Shown here: one piece after another, positions 38,897 to 47,800 of the stretch
Layout of the letters: each line of letters opens with the position of its first letter
Numbering within the stretch: the stretch's first letter is position 1
Origin: an uncultured Desulfurococcaceae archaeon
GTDB lineage: Archaea > Thermoproteota > Thermoprotei_A > Sulfolobales > NBVN01
Direction of reading: 5' to 3'
Length of the DNA: 64,000 nucleotides
Assembly (NCBI GenBank): GCA_964482405.1
Contig: CAYZXH010000001.1
Location: 661-64,660, forward strand
Made by a program: the position numbers and the translations under genes
The notes under the pieces: model-generated
Told to the model about the DNA's origin: nothing
Databases searched by the model: none
Seen by the model: the letters and a program-made list of their open reading frames with translations, nothing else

Positions 38897-41800
38897 TTAT
38901 TTCTTCTTGAAGAAGAAGCCGTAAATCGACGCTATTAAAGTCACTATTATTAAGCCTATTGTAGCAATACCGTAAGTTGATAGTGTTCCTGTGCTAGAGT
39001 CGATTTTCTGGCCTACATCATCTACTTTGCTAGCCACGTTATCTATCTTATTAGCTAATGCGGACACGTCAGTCTTGGAAGCCATGTTATTACTAATTCC
39101 ATTCAAGGCCTGAAGAATCTCGTTGAGTTTACTCATTATGTCTGATGATTTGCTGTTGATTAGGTTCTGTAGCGTGGTGAGTAGTGTTTGAGTATCTACG
39201 GGTAGTCCGGCCTCCACGAGTGCCTTGACTACGTCTATGCTCGCTAGTATTTCGCCCTTGGAAGTACCTATCACTCCTAGTATCTCGCCCTTACTCGTTA
39301 TTATTATCTGAGTTAGTGAAGCGTTGACACTCATTAGAGCATTGAGTAAGTCACTTAGTGATGCCTGTATCTCGCCGAGCTTTGTCTGAATAGATACGAC
39401 GCCGTTAGATATGCTGACTAACCTACCATCAATAACTCCGAGATTAGCGAGTATAGTGCTTAAATTACCTTGAATCTCGTTGAGTTTACCGGAGATCTCG
39501 TCTAGCTTGCTGGTTATCGTGAGTGTTGCTGTTCCTAGCACCTCACCCGTATCCATGTCCACAATATTTAGTTCGTGATCGCCCGCCACCACGATCGGTA
39601 TGTTCATCTTGACTTCGAAGGTTCCTAAAGCGTTCGCTCTGTAGTTCGACAACCAGTTACCGTCTAAGTATATCATCACTACCTGGTATGGGTACAGACC
39701 GGTCACGTTCACCTTCACTAGTCCTGGAGCTGTTGTCTCAGTAGGTGTTACTACTGCCTTAACTAAGACGTAGAGTGGTGTGTAGCCGTAGTACATTTCG
39801 TCCTCCGTGTACACCTCGATTAAGTGCTCGCCTCCAGGTATTAGCGGTACCGTGAACTCGAACTCAGCATATCCGGACTCATTACTTATTACACTACCGA
39901 TGATTTCACCGTCTAAGTATATCAGGAGCGTGGTATTAGCTGGAGCTCCCTCCACATGAAGTAATGCCGTATCACCTACGTGTAGGTACGGATTCTCTAG
40001 GGCAACGCTCAAAGGCCTCATCATCACCCACTTAACCGCGTTGTATATTATTTTCCACGCATCACGCGTGAAGTATGCCGGCGAATTCCAAGATGTTGGT
40101 GGGAAGCTTGAAAGCAATACCCACTTAACACCGTCCGGGAATACCTTCCAAGCTATTGAGTTACCCCACGTAGTCCCGCCTACGTAGGTGTCGGCTATCG
40201 ATGTTCCTGAGAATCCTGAGAACCATGAGAAGTCAGCTCCTGTCCACGCTATTATCTTGATTAAGTCACCCACATTATACCCTCTCAATATCGGGTGTGT
40301 TCTCGTGACTTTGATATAGACCTCGCCGTAACCCCACGTATAACCTATTGAGGACGGGTCGCCGAGGCATGAGTAAAGCACTTTTATGCCGTAGCCGTAG
40401 TAACCGTAGCTATCCATCCACACGACACCGACACCGACCTGATGGGTAGCGTTCAGGAAGGTAGCGAACTCACTACATGACGGGAACGGGACGCCGTAAT
40501 CACCAGCCCATATGACAGCGTCGTAAATCCCTGCAAGCACGTCGTTAGTTAGTGCTGCTAAGCTCGTGTAATCAACAGCGTATATGTCCATTAACTCTAA
40601 GAAGTTCTTTATAGAGCCCGCGTAGTCGTAGAGTATCGCTACTCTAGGCAGTCTCCTAAGCACTAAGACTCCTAAGTCTGTTGTCTCGTTTACTGAGACG
40701 CTGAAGTCTACCTGAAGTGTCTTATAGCCCGCAGCATTCACTAACATCGTGTAGTTGCCTTCAGGCAACCACGTGAAGAATTGCCCTGTCTCGTTAGTGT
40801 AGAGCTTAATCGGGGTCCCCAAGAACTGTACGGTGGCTCCTGCCAGTATAGTACCATCACTACCCACCACAGTTCCTGTCACGAAGCCGTGCGGTAATCT
40901 CTCGAGATATACGTCGGTTCTCGTGTATAGGTAGCTCTTAAGACCTCCCTGAACTGAGACCCCGGAACCCAGCTTAGCGCTTAATATCTTAAGGACCTCG
41001 CCGACTCTAGCCTTATCGACTACTCTGCTCGAGCTCGTGAAGCTCTGCCAACCCAACATGACGGCGTTTTCTAGAACTTTCTTAGTGTTGCTCGTGTACA
41101 TGCCGTCAGAGCCTGGCTCAAGATACTGCATCCAGTAACTCTCAGCCCAGCTACCTAGGTAGTACCATGGAGCACCGGTATTCGAGACCCACTCAGCAAC
41201 GCCTACACCGAATCTAAGGTATCCTGTTCTCGTATCCCACACGTACCCTAGAACGACGAACCTGCCGGTGGGGTCTGTAAAGTTATACACTACGTAGTCA
41301 GCGTAAGATCCTGTAGCTAGGTAGAACCTGTTAGGATACCCTGGCACGTCCGGCGTAACGCCATCAAATATCGGGTGAGTCATATTAAGCATCTCAACCT
41401 GTACGTAGGTCGGTGAAGGATACGCGATTAACCTACTTATCGGTGCTGGGTATCCATTATTTATTAAGGTGCTGTTGTATGTGTATAAGACGTATATTCC
41501 TGGATAGCCTGAGTATGAAGTACATAACCATACTAGAGTAGCTCCGGTAGCATCAGCTAGTAAGTGGAAGGCTAGAACAACGTCGCTCGGCGGATAACTA
41601 TAGGGTGAAGGCATCGTGTGATCTATGATTACGACAGCTGGATTTATGTCGCCGTTCACCCAATCAATCAGTAATTTAGTCATGTTGTTGTATTCTACGA
41701 CAGGTAGTCCGAGAGCTCCCACTATGGTCTTGAGGTGTGGTTGCGTGTAGTAATGTACGTTAGCTAAGACCACGACTGTCGGAGGTATTGGTTGCAGGTA

Positions 41801-43981
41801 GAAGTCCGCTATTACTGTCTCTAAGGGAGGTACAGTAACGCCTTCTACTGATGCTTGCACGTATCCGGGCTTCCAAGCGTAGACTGTGTAAGTACCTGAC
41901 GGAACGCTTAGCTCGTAGTAGCCCTCACTATCTGTGTACGTGTATACTGGTGTGCTATCTACGTACGTCCACACCACGGCGTCTACTATGGGATTATTCG
42001 TAACAGCATCATAGACGTGACCTGCTATGGTTCCGTTTCCTAGCGGGTATAGGCCGAAGTTGACTATCACGACCTCGGCTTCATCAACACTTACTAACTG
42101 TGTAGCGGGCTGGTAACCGCTCGCTACTGCTTCTAGGGTGTAGGTTCCTGGAGGTACTGATATCTCGTAAGACCCGCTCACGTCTGTTTGCGTGGTTATG
42201 CCTAGTTCTAAGACCGTTACGTTAGCTCCGGCTATCGGGTCGTTTGTTAGAGCGTTGTAGACTAGGCCTGTTATGGTGCCGTTGAGTAGCACTACCTCCA
42301 CAGTCACGTTAACGCTCTCATAACCCCACGCCTCGAATACGAGTGTGTAGGTTCCTGGGTCTAGAGGTATTCTGTAGTAGCCTGAAGCGTTGACTGGGAA
42401 CGTCCTCCCTATCTCTAATACCGTGACCGACGCCCAAGGTATTGGTTCGCCAGATATTGAGTCTAGCACAAAGCCCTCGACACCGCTCTTCTTAGCGAAC
42501 TCCATAGCCTTCCTAACAGCTTCATATGCGTCTATCCTTCCCCAACCATACCTAGTATCCTGTCCTGGGGAGCCGAAGTCTATGGCAGTGGAGTTCAGCA
42601 TTAAGTATATCTGCTCGGGAGTGTCAGGTATGTCGCGGTATAGCCAGCCAGCAGCTTGAAGCATTAAGGCAACTGTTCCAGAAACATGTGGTGTGGCCAT
42701 GGAGGTACCGCTCCAAGCCTCATAACCTCCTCCCGGCACAGCACTAGTAATACTAACACCGGGTGCTGAGACGTCAGGCTTTATGTAAGTGCTCGGGTAC
42801 ATGTCGAAGAACGGCCACGTGGGTGGTGGTGAGGGCCATGTAACGACCGCACCACTACTCCACGACGCGACATTATCGTTTATGTCCGTAGCGCCCACAC
42901 CGAAGACTCCCCATATATTTCCTGGGTTCCCTGTTGATCCAGGACCTCCATTACCTATGGCAGCGACCGGTATCACATTAGTTAGTAACATAGCTTCTAT
43001 GGCTGGGAATAAGTCATTCCCATAATATCCTTCAGCACCGAAACTCATTGAGACTACGTGGGCCGGCAGACCCGTGTAGACTATCTGTCCTGTAGACGGG
43101 TCTATGTAGAAGGGCTCTACAGTCCACTGCATTCCAGCTAATACTTGAGCGAACGTGCCGCCACCCCCAGGTAACACCAAGCCGTGCATGAGGGTTGCGC
43201 CCGGCGCGACACCTATCAATATATTACTCGTGTCCCCTCCTAGAGCAGTGCCGCTACAGTGCGTTCCGTGACCATGCGTGTCGTGCGGGGTGCTCAGTAC
43301 TGGGTTTCCGGCACCGTCAAACTCCATCCAGCCTCCTGGGTAGTACGGGCTCGTCGGGTCTAGAGTCAGCATCTTCCCAGCTAACGCTGGGTGAGTTATG
43401 TCAACACCTGTATCTAGGACCGCTATTCTGACCCCCTGGCCTGTGTAGCCCAGAGCCCACACTTCAGGTGCTCTAATCTTGAAGATACCCCAGCTAGAGA
43501 CTTGATTACTTCTCACGTCAGTCTCTTCTTTAGTGACAGGCTCTATTATGTGGACTTCGAAATTCTCGAAGATCTTTACTACTTCAGGTAATGAGGCTAT
43601 CTTGATAATCTTCCCTGCAGGGACCCTAGCTAGCACCACGTTATCTAGCCAGAACTTATTCAGTACTACACCTCCCTCACTCAAGATTAAGTTGATTAAA
43701 TTCTTCTGAGTATAATCAGCCCAATTCTTGAGGGTTTGAACAGCGAGTCTGTAGTTACCTCTCACGTAAGTACTTAATTCTTTAGGTATGGACTTAAGCC
43801 TTATAACAACCTCAACTAACTCATCTTCCCTCATACCTTCCAGCTTGCTCAGCAAGGGCGGCGCTATCTTGTACGACGCATCATCAGCTACCGCATTAAT
43901 AGTGATTCCAGGCAACCAACTTATTATGGATATGAACAACAAGATCGTTAAACCGGTGACGAGTATTTTCCTGTAGTTCAT
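38897..43981 (-). CDS. Giant secreted, C-terminally membrane-anchored subtilisin-like serine protease (peptidase S8) with accessory domains
   Basis: Signal peptide, then the catalytic triad motifs AVLDTGVD (D190), HGHGTH (H238) and GTSMATPHVSG (S427). Further domains: 3+1 CarboxypepD_reg-like repeats, two GATase1/ThuA-like modules (HPIFDG..., HPILRG..., NAVKW), two Ig-like repeats, a helical stalk and a terminal TM helix ending KKK. Confidence 0.9.
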   Translation of the reverse strand: MNYRKILVTGLTILLFISIISWLPGITINAVADDASYKIAPPLLSKLEGMREDELVEVVIRLKSIPKELSTYVRGNYRLAVQTLKNWADYTQKNLINLILSEGGVVLNKFWLDNVVLARVPAGKIIKIASLPEVVKIFENFEVHIIEPVTKEETDVRSNQVSSWGIFKIRAPEVWALGYTGQGVRIAVLDTGVDITHPALAGKMLTLDPTSPYYPGGWMEFDGAGNPVLSTPHDTHGHGTHCSGTALGGDTSNILIGVAPGATLMHGLVLPGGGGTFAQVLAGMQWTVEPFYIDPSTGQIVYTGLPAHVVSMSFGAEGYYGNDLFPAIEAMLLTNVIPVAAIGNGGPGSTGNPGNIWGVFGVGATDINDNVASWSSGAVVTWPSPPPTWPFFDMYPSTYIKPDVSAPGVSITSAVPGGGYEAWSGTSMATPHVSGTVALMLQAAGWLYRDIPDTPEQIYLMLNSTAIDFGSPGQDTRYGWGRIDAYEAVRKAMEFAKKSGVEGFVLDSISGEPIPWASVTVLEIGRTFPVNASGYYRIPLDPGTYTLVFEAWGYESVNVTVEVVLLNGTITGLVYNALTNDPIAGANVTVLELGITTQTDVSGSYEISVPPGTYTLEAVASGYQPATQLVSVDEAEVVIVNFGLYPLGNGTIAGHVYDAVTNNPIVDAVVWTYVDSTPVYTYTDSEGYYELSVPSGTYTVYAWKPGYVQASVEGVTVPPLETVIADFYLQPIPPTVVVLANVHYYTQPHLKTIVGALGLPVVEYNNMTKLLIDWVNGDINPAVVIIDHTMPSPYSYPPSDVVLAFHLLADATGATLVWLCTSYSGYPGIYVLYTYNSTLINNGYPAPISRLIAYPSPTYVQVEMLNMTHPIFDGVTPDVPGYPNRFYLATGSYADYVVYNFTDPTGRFVVLGYVWDTRTGYLRFGVGVAEWVSNTGAPWYYLGSWAESYWMQYLEPGSDGMYTSNTKKVLENAVMLGWQSFTSSSRVVDKARVGEVLKILSAKLGSGVSVQGGLKSYLYTRTDVYLERLPHGFVTGTVVGSDGTILAGATVQFLGTPIKLYTNETGQFFTWLPEGNYTMLVNAAGYKTLQVDFSVSVNETTDLGVLVLRRLPRVAILYDYAGSIKNFLELMDIYAVDYTSLAALTNDVLAGIYDAVIWAGDYGVPFPSCSEFATFLNATHQVGVGVVWMDSYGYYGYGIKVLYSCLGDPSSIGYTWGYGEVYIKVTRTHPILRGYNVGDLIKIIAWTGADFSWFSGFSGTSIADTYVGGTTWGNSIAWKVFPDGVKWVLLSSFPPTSWNSPAYFTRDAWKIIYNAVKWVMMRPLSVALENPYLHVGDTALLHVEGAPANTTLLIYLDGEIIGSVISNESGYAEFEFTVPLIPGGEHLIEVYTEDEMYYGYTPLYVLVKAVVTPTETTAPGLVKVNVTGLYPYQVVMIYLDGNWLSNYRANALGTFEVKMNIPIVVAGDHELNIVDMDTGEVLGTATLTITSKLDEISGKLNEIQGNLSTILANLGVIDGRLVSISNGVVSIQTKLGEIQASLSDLLNALMSVNASLTQIIITSKGEILGVIGTSKGEILASIDVVKALVEAGLPVDTQTLLTTLQNLINSKSSDIMSKLNEILQALNGISNNMASKTDVSALANKIDNVASKVDDVGQKIDSSTGTLSTYGIATIGLIIVTLIASIYGFFFKKK

Positions 43982-44335
43982 TAAGTCACCTCAATATAAT
44001 CACGAGTTAAGGGTTAATAAATTTCAGTTTATTTTTATTTCGTAACTCAGAAAACGTTTTTACACGTATATAATATTTTTATATAGACTCAATTTGCTTT
44101 TAATGAAAAAAGTTTAAAGATACCCAGAATATGCAGCTCTTTATTTCTCAAAAACCTATTTCTTGCAAGTGGGTACTCTGAAAAATATTTAGAAATCACT
44201 AGAACTTTACGAGACTCTAACGTAACCTTGCAGGAAATAACCCACGTTTCAAAAGACGCTAATATATAACTCATTATCTAGTGAAGGCTTCCTCTTTAGG
44301 ATAGGGAGCTCATGCCTCGTATACTCGCTTACGTC

Positions 44336-45340
44336 TTACAGGAATCCGTTATCTCTATACCATTTTATCGTTTCCTCAAGTCCTCTTCTTAAGTCATACT
44401 GAGGTCTATAACCTAGTTCTTTCTGAGCTTTACTTATGCTATATGCTCTATGTGTTGTTACAGCGTCTACTATAGACCTCCTGAGTATTAGGTTTTCACC
44501 GCCTCTCAACCTATCATAGATCTCTGTAAATATTAGCAGGAACTTGGCTATCCTAGGACCTAGCTTTATTTTCGGGGGTTCCTTACTGAGTAGGTGTGAT
44601 AGTATCTCATATACTTCTTTATAGGTATATGCTCTCTCATCACTTATTATGTAGGTCTGGCTTACCGAGACCTCGGGTTTTTCTAGGATTAGTGTGAATC
44701 CTTGAACTACGTCTCTTACGTGAGCAAACTGGACTAGGTACTCACCGCCTCCAATCATGAATTTAGATAAGATGCCTCCCTTAGCTAAGGTCATTATGAA
44801 CCAGTAAGAGACGTCATCCACGTTTCTAGGGCCGTACATGCCTGAGGGTCTTACGATAGTGTATTCAAGACCTGAGCTACTTAATTCCCTCACTACCTGC
44901 TCAGCTAGTAGCTTAGACTTCCCGTACTCGAATTGAGGATTTGGAGGAGTGTTCTCGTCTCCTGGAGGATCTCTCACAGGACCTATAGCTTCGGTAGAAC
45001 TACAGTAGATGAATCTCCTAACCCCAGACTTAAGAGCTGCTTGAGCGAGTGCGCGGGTGCCCTCAACGTTCACTAACCAATACATCTTCTTAGAACCCGT
45101 GAAGGTATAGTACGCTGCTAGGTGAATGACTGCGTCAACCCCCCTAACTGCTTGAGGTAACGTATCGTGCTTGATTAAGTCACCGTAAGCTACCTCAACA
45201 CCTAAGCTCCTTAAGTAATCTGCCTTTCTTAAATCCCTGACCATCCCCCTAACAACATACCCTCTACTAACTAATTCCTCGATTAGGTAAGTTCCTAAAA
45301 AGCCTGAAGCTCCAGTCACTAATATCTTCACACACGCCAC
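44336..45340 (-). CDS. NAD-dependent epimerase/dehydratase (extended SDR)
   Basis: N-terminal VTGASGFLGTYL Rossmann motif and YGKSK (YxxxK catalytic motif). 334 aa. Confidence 0.8.
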   Translation of the reverse strand: MACVKILVTGASGFLGTYLIEELVSRGYVVRGMVRDLRKADYLRSLGVEVAYGDLIKHDTLPQAVRGVDAVIHLAAYYTFTGSKKMYWLVNVEGTRALAQAALKSGVRRFIYCSSTEAIGPVRDPPGDENTPPNPQFEYGKSKLLAEQVVRELSSSGLEYTIVRPSGMYGPRNVDDVSYWFIMTLAKGGILSKFMIGGGEYLVQFAHVRDVVQGFTLILEKPEVSVSQTYIISDERAYTYKEVYEILSHLLSKEPPKIKLGPRIAKFLLIFTEIYDRLRGGENLILRRSIVDAVTTHRAYSISKAQKELGYRPQYDLRRGLEETIKWYRDNGFL

Positions 45341-45456
45341 CTAGCACTAACTACTTTAAGCAAAAATAAAAACGTACTTAAGCTGACTCCTTCCGTCTTC
45401 TTTGAAAATTAAGTTTATATATCCTATGAACACATAAAATATTTGAGGGATTATTA

Positions 45457-46314
45457 ATGCCTACTCTCGAAGACCTAGGTACCACGTTATGGAATCAGTT
45501 AGTAGCTATGATTCCCGGAGTTATAGCGGCCATAATATGGATTATCTTAGGCGTGATAGTAGGCATCATAGTGGGGAGCATAGTCACTAAGATTCTCAGA
45601 AAGTACGTGGAGAGACCCTTATCAGTAACTCCTTTCGGGAAGACTCTCACTACGATGGGTCTTGAGTTCTCAGAACTTATAGGAGGTCTTACGAAAGCTT
45701 TCATAATATCTATTTCCCTAGTAGCCGCTATAAGCTACATACCCTTAGGCGGGGAGGTCGGGGAGCTAATATATAGCGTGGTATCCTACCTGCCTTACTT
45801 GATAGGCGGTATAGCGGTAATAACGTTAGGTTTAGTACTAGCTATCTCGCTAGCTAGGTATATAGGGTCATTATTGAGTACAGGCTTTAGTGAGACGTAT
45901 AAATCCCTCGTAGCCTTAATAGAGAACCTACTGCTCGTAGGCTTAATAGCGATAGTTTTGACAGTAGCCTTCACCCTACTCAAGCTACCGTCAACACTCA
46001 TATACCCACTCCTAGTAGGTGTCACGGCAATAGCTATAGGTGTCATTATAGTCATAGAAGTATTTAAGGCCATCACAGAAGCACACCCAGATTTCAGCAA
46101 ACTCGCGCCCTTCCTGCAATTCATAATAGTGTTTGTGTTCGTGTTCGTCGGGCTTTCAGCGATATTCAGTGAGTACTCAGTGGTGGGTGACGTACTCAGG
46201 TCGTTGTCTTTCGGCGTCATGATAGCGTTTGCGGTAATACTAATACCTGTAGCGTTCTACCTAGTTAAGAAAGTCTTAATAGAAGCTGAGAGAAGACCTA
46301 GTAAAGGAGAATAA
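45457..46314 (+). CDS. Polytopic membrane protein (repeated TM-helix units; function unknown)
   Basis: 285 aa with several long hydrophobic helices, each followed by a basic patch. The antisense ORFs look like shadows. Confidence 0.55.
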   Translation: MPTLEDLGTTLWNQLVAMIPGVIAAIIWIILGVIVGIIVGSIVTKILRKYVERPLSVTPFGKTLTTMGLEFSELIGGLTKAFIISISLVAAISYIPLGGEVGELIYSVVSYLPYLIGGIAVITLGLVLAISLARYIGSLLSTGFSETYKSLVALIENLLLVGLIAIVLTVAFTLLKLPSTLIYPLLVGVTAIAIGVIIVIEVFKAITEAHPDFSKLAPFLQFIIVFVFVFVGLSAIFSEYSVVGDVLRSLSFGVMIAFAVILIPVAFYLVKKVLIEAERRPSKGE

Positions 46315-46351
46315 ATCAGAATCAAAGCCTTTTTACTAAAAACGAACCTAC

Positions 46352-47800
46352 CTACACACCCCTCTTAACCCTGAAGTAGGACGTGTAGGTGAAGTAGCGA
46401 GGGATATACTCGCCATCGTATGGCTCGCGAGGAGTTCTGAGAAATGACTCACCAAGAGGAACAACTCTATACACGCCTGCACTCGCCAACTTCCTCGTGT
46501 AGCAACTCGCTTTCCCCTCATAAACCCAGAGAGCTACTGTCTGAACCCTATCTACTCCTGCGTACCCCGTAGTTCTAGGTAATTCCTTAATGAGTTTAAC
46601 GCACTCTATTAAATCATTAACTACTATTATCTCTAAGAATCTCTTTCTAGAGTGAAGATCAAGCGGTACCAGCCTCAACCCAGTAAATGAAGACTCGCTC
46701 TTACTCACGACTACCGTGTATGGATTACGGGGATCATCAGACCTAAATACCTTAGCTCCTTGAAACTCTAGAGCTTTTCTGAGGGTATTTAGGTTATAGA
46801 GCCAGCCCTCCGAAACCTCAATCTTGTGTGAACTTCCTAAAATATCTAGGTACTTACTAACTTCCTTAGCTAGCTGAATCGCTCTCTCGTAATTCCCTAT
46901 GAAGAGAGCCATAGTAGGCGAGCTACATAACTGCTGATCATACATTAAAACCTCCATAGCAAGAGCTTCGGAAACCTCACTTAAAGAACTACCTATTGAA
47001 TCACCGTCAATAACCGCGACCCCGGTTAAGGGACCGTTAACGATTAACTTAGGCTTATGAGGATTCTCAGCCACAGCCCTATACACCAAGGTTCTACCAG
47101 GCTCGCCACCCCAATAATTCACTACTCCTAAAGGAGCTTCCTTAAGCAGGTATTCCAGTACCTTACTATTATGACTCAAGTATGTTATTAAGAGAGCGTT
47201 ACCTAAGACCAGTGCTTCATCACCTAAGTCTTCGAGGATTTTGAAGATTTCTTTAATGACGATATAGTTAGTCAGTGAAGGTCTTAAGATGGTCAAGTTG
47301 TTAGTAATTAACGAAGTAATCGTAGGTATTAACGGTGGGATCACGGAATTACCTGAAGCTATTATGAATGCAGGACCTGCAGGTAAGTTAGAGACGTACT
47401 CCCCTGGAGCAACCTCAACAAAATCGTCAAGACTTCCCACACCTCCTTCAAGACCTGAATTTATTAAGGAATCAATGTTTTCTTTCTTAAAAACTTCAGC
47501 GACAAACCTAAGATCTTCCTCAACCATTAACTCACTATATCCCGTGTTCCTCACCAGCTCTTTCTTCAAGACCTCGAGAGAGCCGCTCTCCAGCTTCTCA
47601 GTCCATGCCCTGCGAACACCCTCCAGTAACCTAACGCGTTTCTCGTGACCTAGACTCCTCAACTCCTCCTGAATTGTCTTGGCTTGACTCAGATACTCTC
47701 TAAGCCAGCTTATCTTAGGCTCAAGATGCTTAAGAGGTTCCTCGACTTGATCAGCTGGTACGCTCTCCTTGATTGGATGTAGGGGTTCTATGAGAATCAA
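46352..47800 (-). CDS. LuxC-like acyl-CoA reductase (ALDH superfamily)
   Basis: Collinear by eye with Photorhabdus/Vibrio LuxC: ASGNSVIPPL vs AGNVPLSG, YWGGEPG vs AWGGPDA, YDQQLCSSP vs YDQRACFSA (catalytic Cys region), and the C-terminal PYDGEYIPRYFTYTSY vs SHDGMRPLQRLVTYIS. Confidence 0.65.
   Translation of the reverse strand: MILIEPLHPIKESVPADQVEEPLKHLEPKISWLREYLSQAKTIQEELRSLGHEKRVRLLEGVRRAWTEKLESGSLEVLKKELVRNTGYSELMVEEDLRFVAEVFKKENIDSLINSGLEGGVGSLDDFVEVAPGEYVSNLPAGPAFIIASGNSVIPPLIPTITSLITNNLTILRPSLTNYIVIKEIFKILEDLGDEALVLGNALLITYLSHNSKVLEYLLKEAPLGVVNYWGGEPGRTLVYRAVAENPHKPKLIVNGPLTGVAVIDGDSIGSSLSEVSEALAMEVLMYDQQLCSSPTMALFIGNYERAIQLAKEVSKYLDILGSSHKIEVSEGWLYNLNTLRKALEFQGAKVFRSDDPRNPYTVVVSKSESSFTGLRLVPLDLHSRKRFLEIIVVNDLIECVKLIKELPRTTGYAGVDRVQTVALWVYEGKASCYTRKLASAGVYRVVPLGESFLRTPREPYDGEYIPRYFTYTSYFRVKRGV

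Noticed and set aside
42390-43976. Several 60-90-aa plus-strand ORFs inside the protease gene, with similar internal ORFs elsewhere (e.g. 10973..11311, 14292..14864, 25119..25475, 33375..33722, 45795..46220, 57283..57540)
   Set aside because: All are antisense or out-of-frame shadows within long genes that carry strong family motifs.
44089-44274. 61-aa ORF in the AT-rich spacer
   Set aside because: It has no SD or promoter spacing and a Lys/Phe/Leu-rich composition driven by AT-rich DNA. It is probably non-coding.
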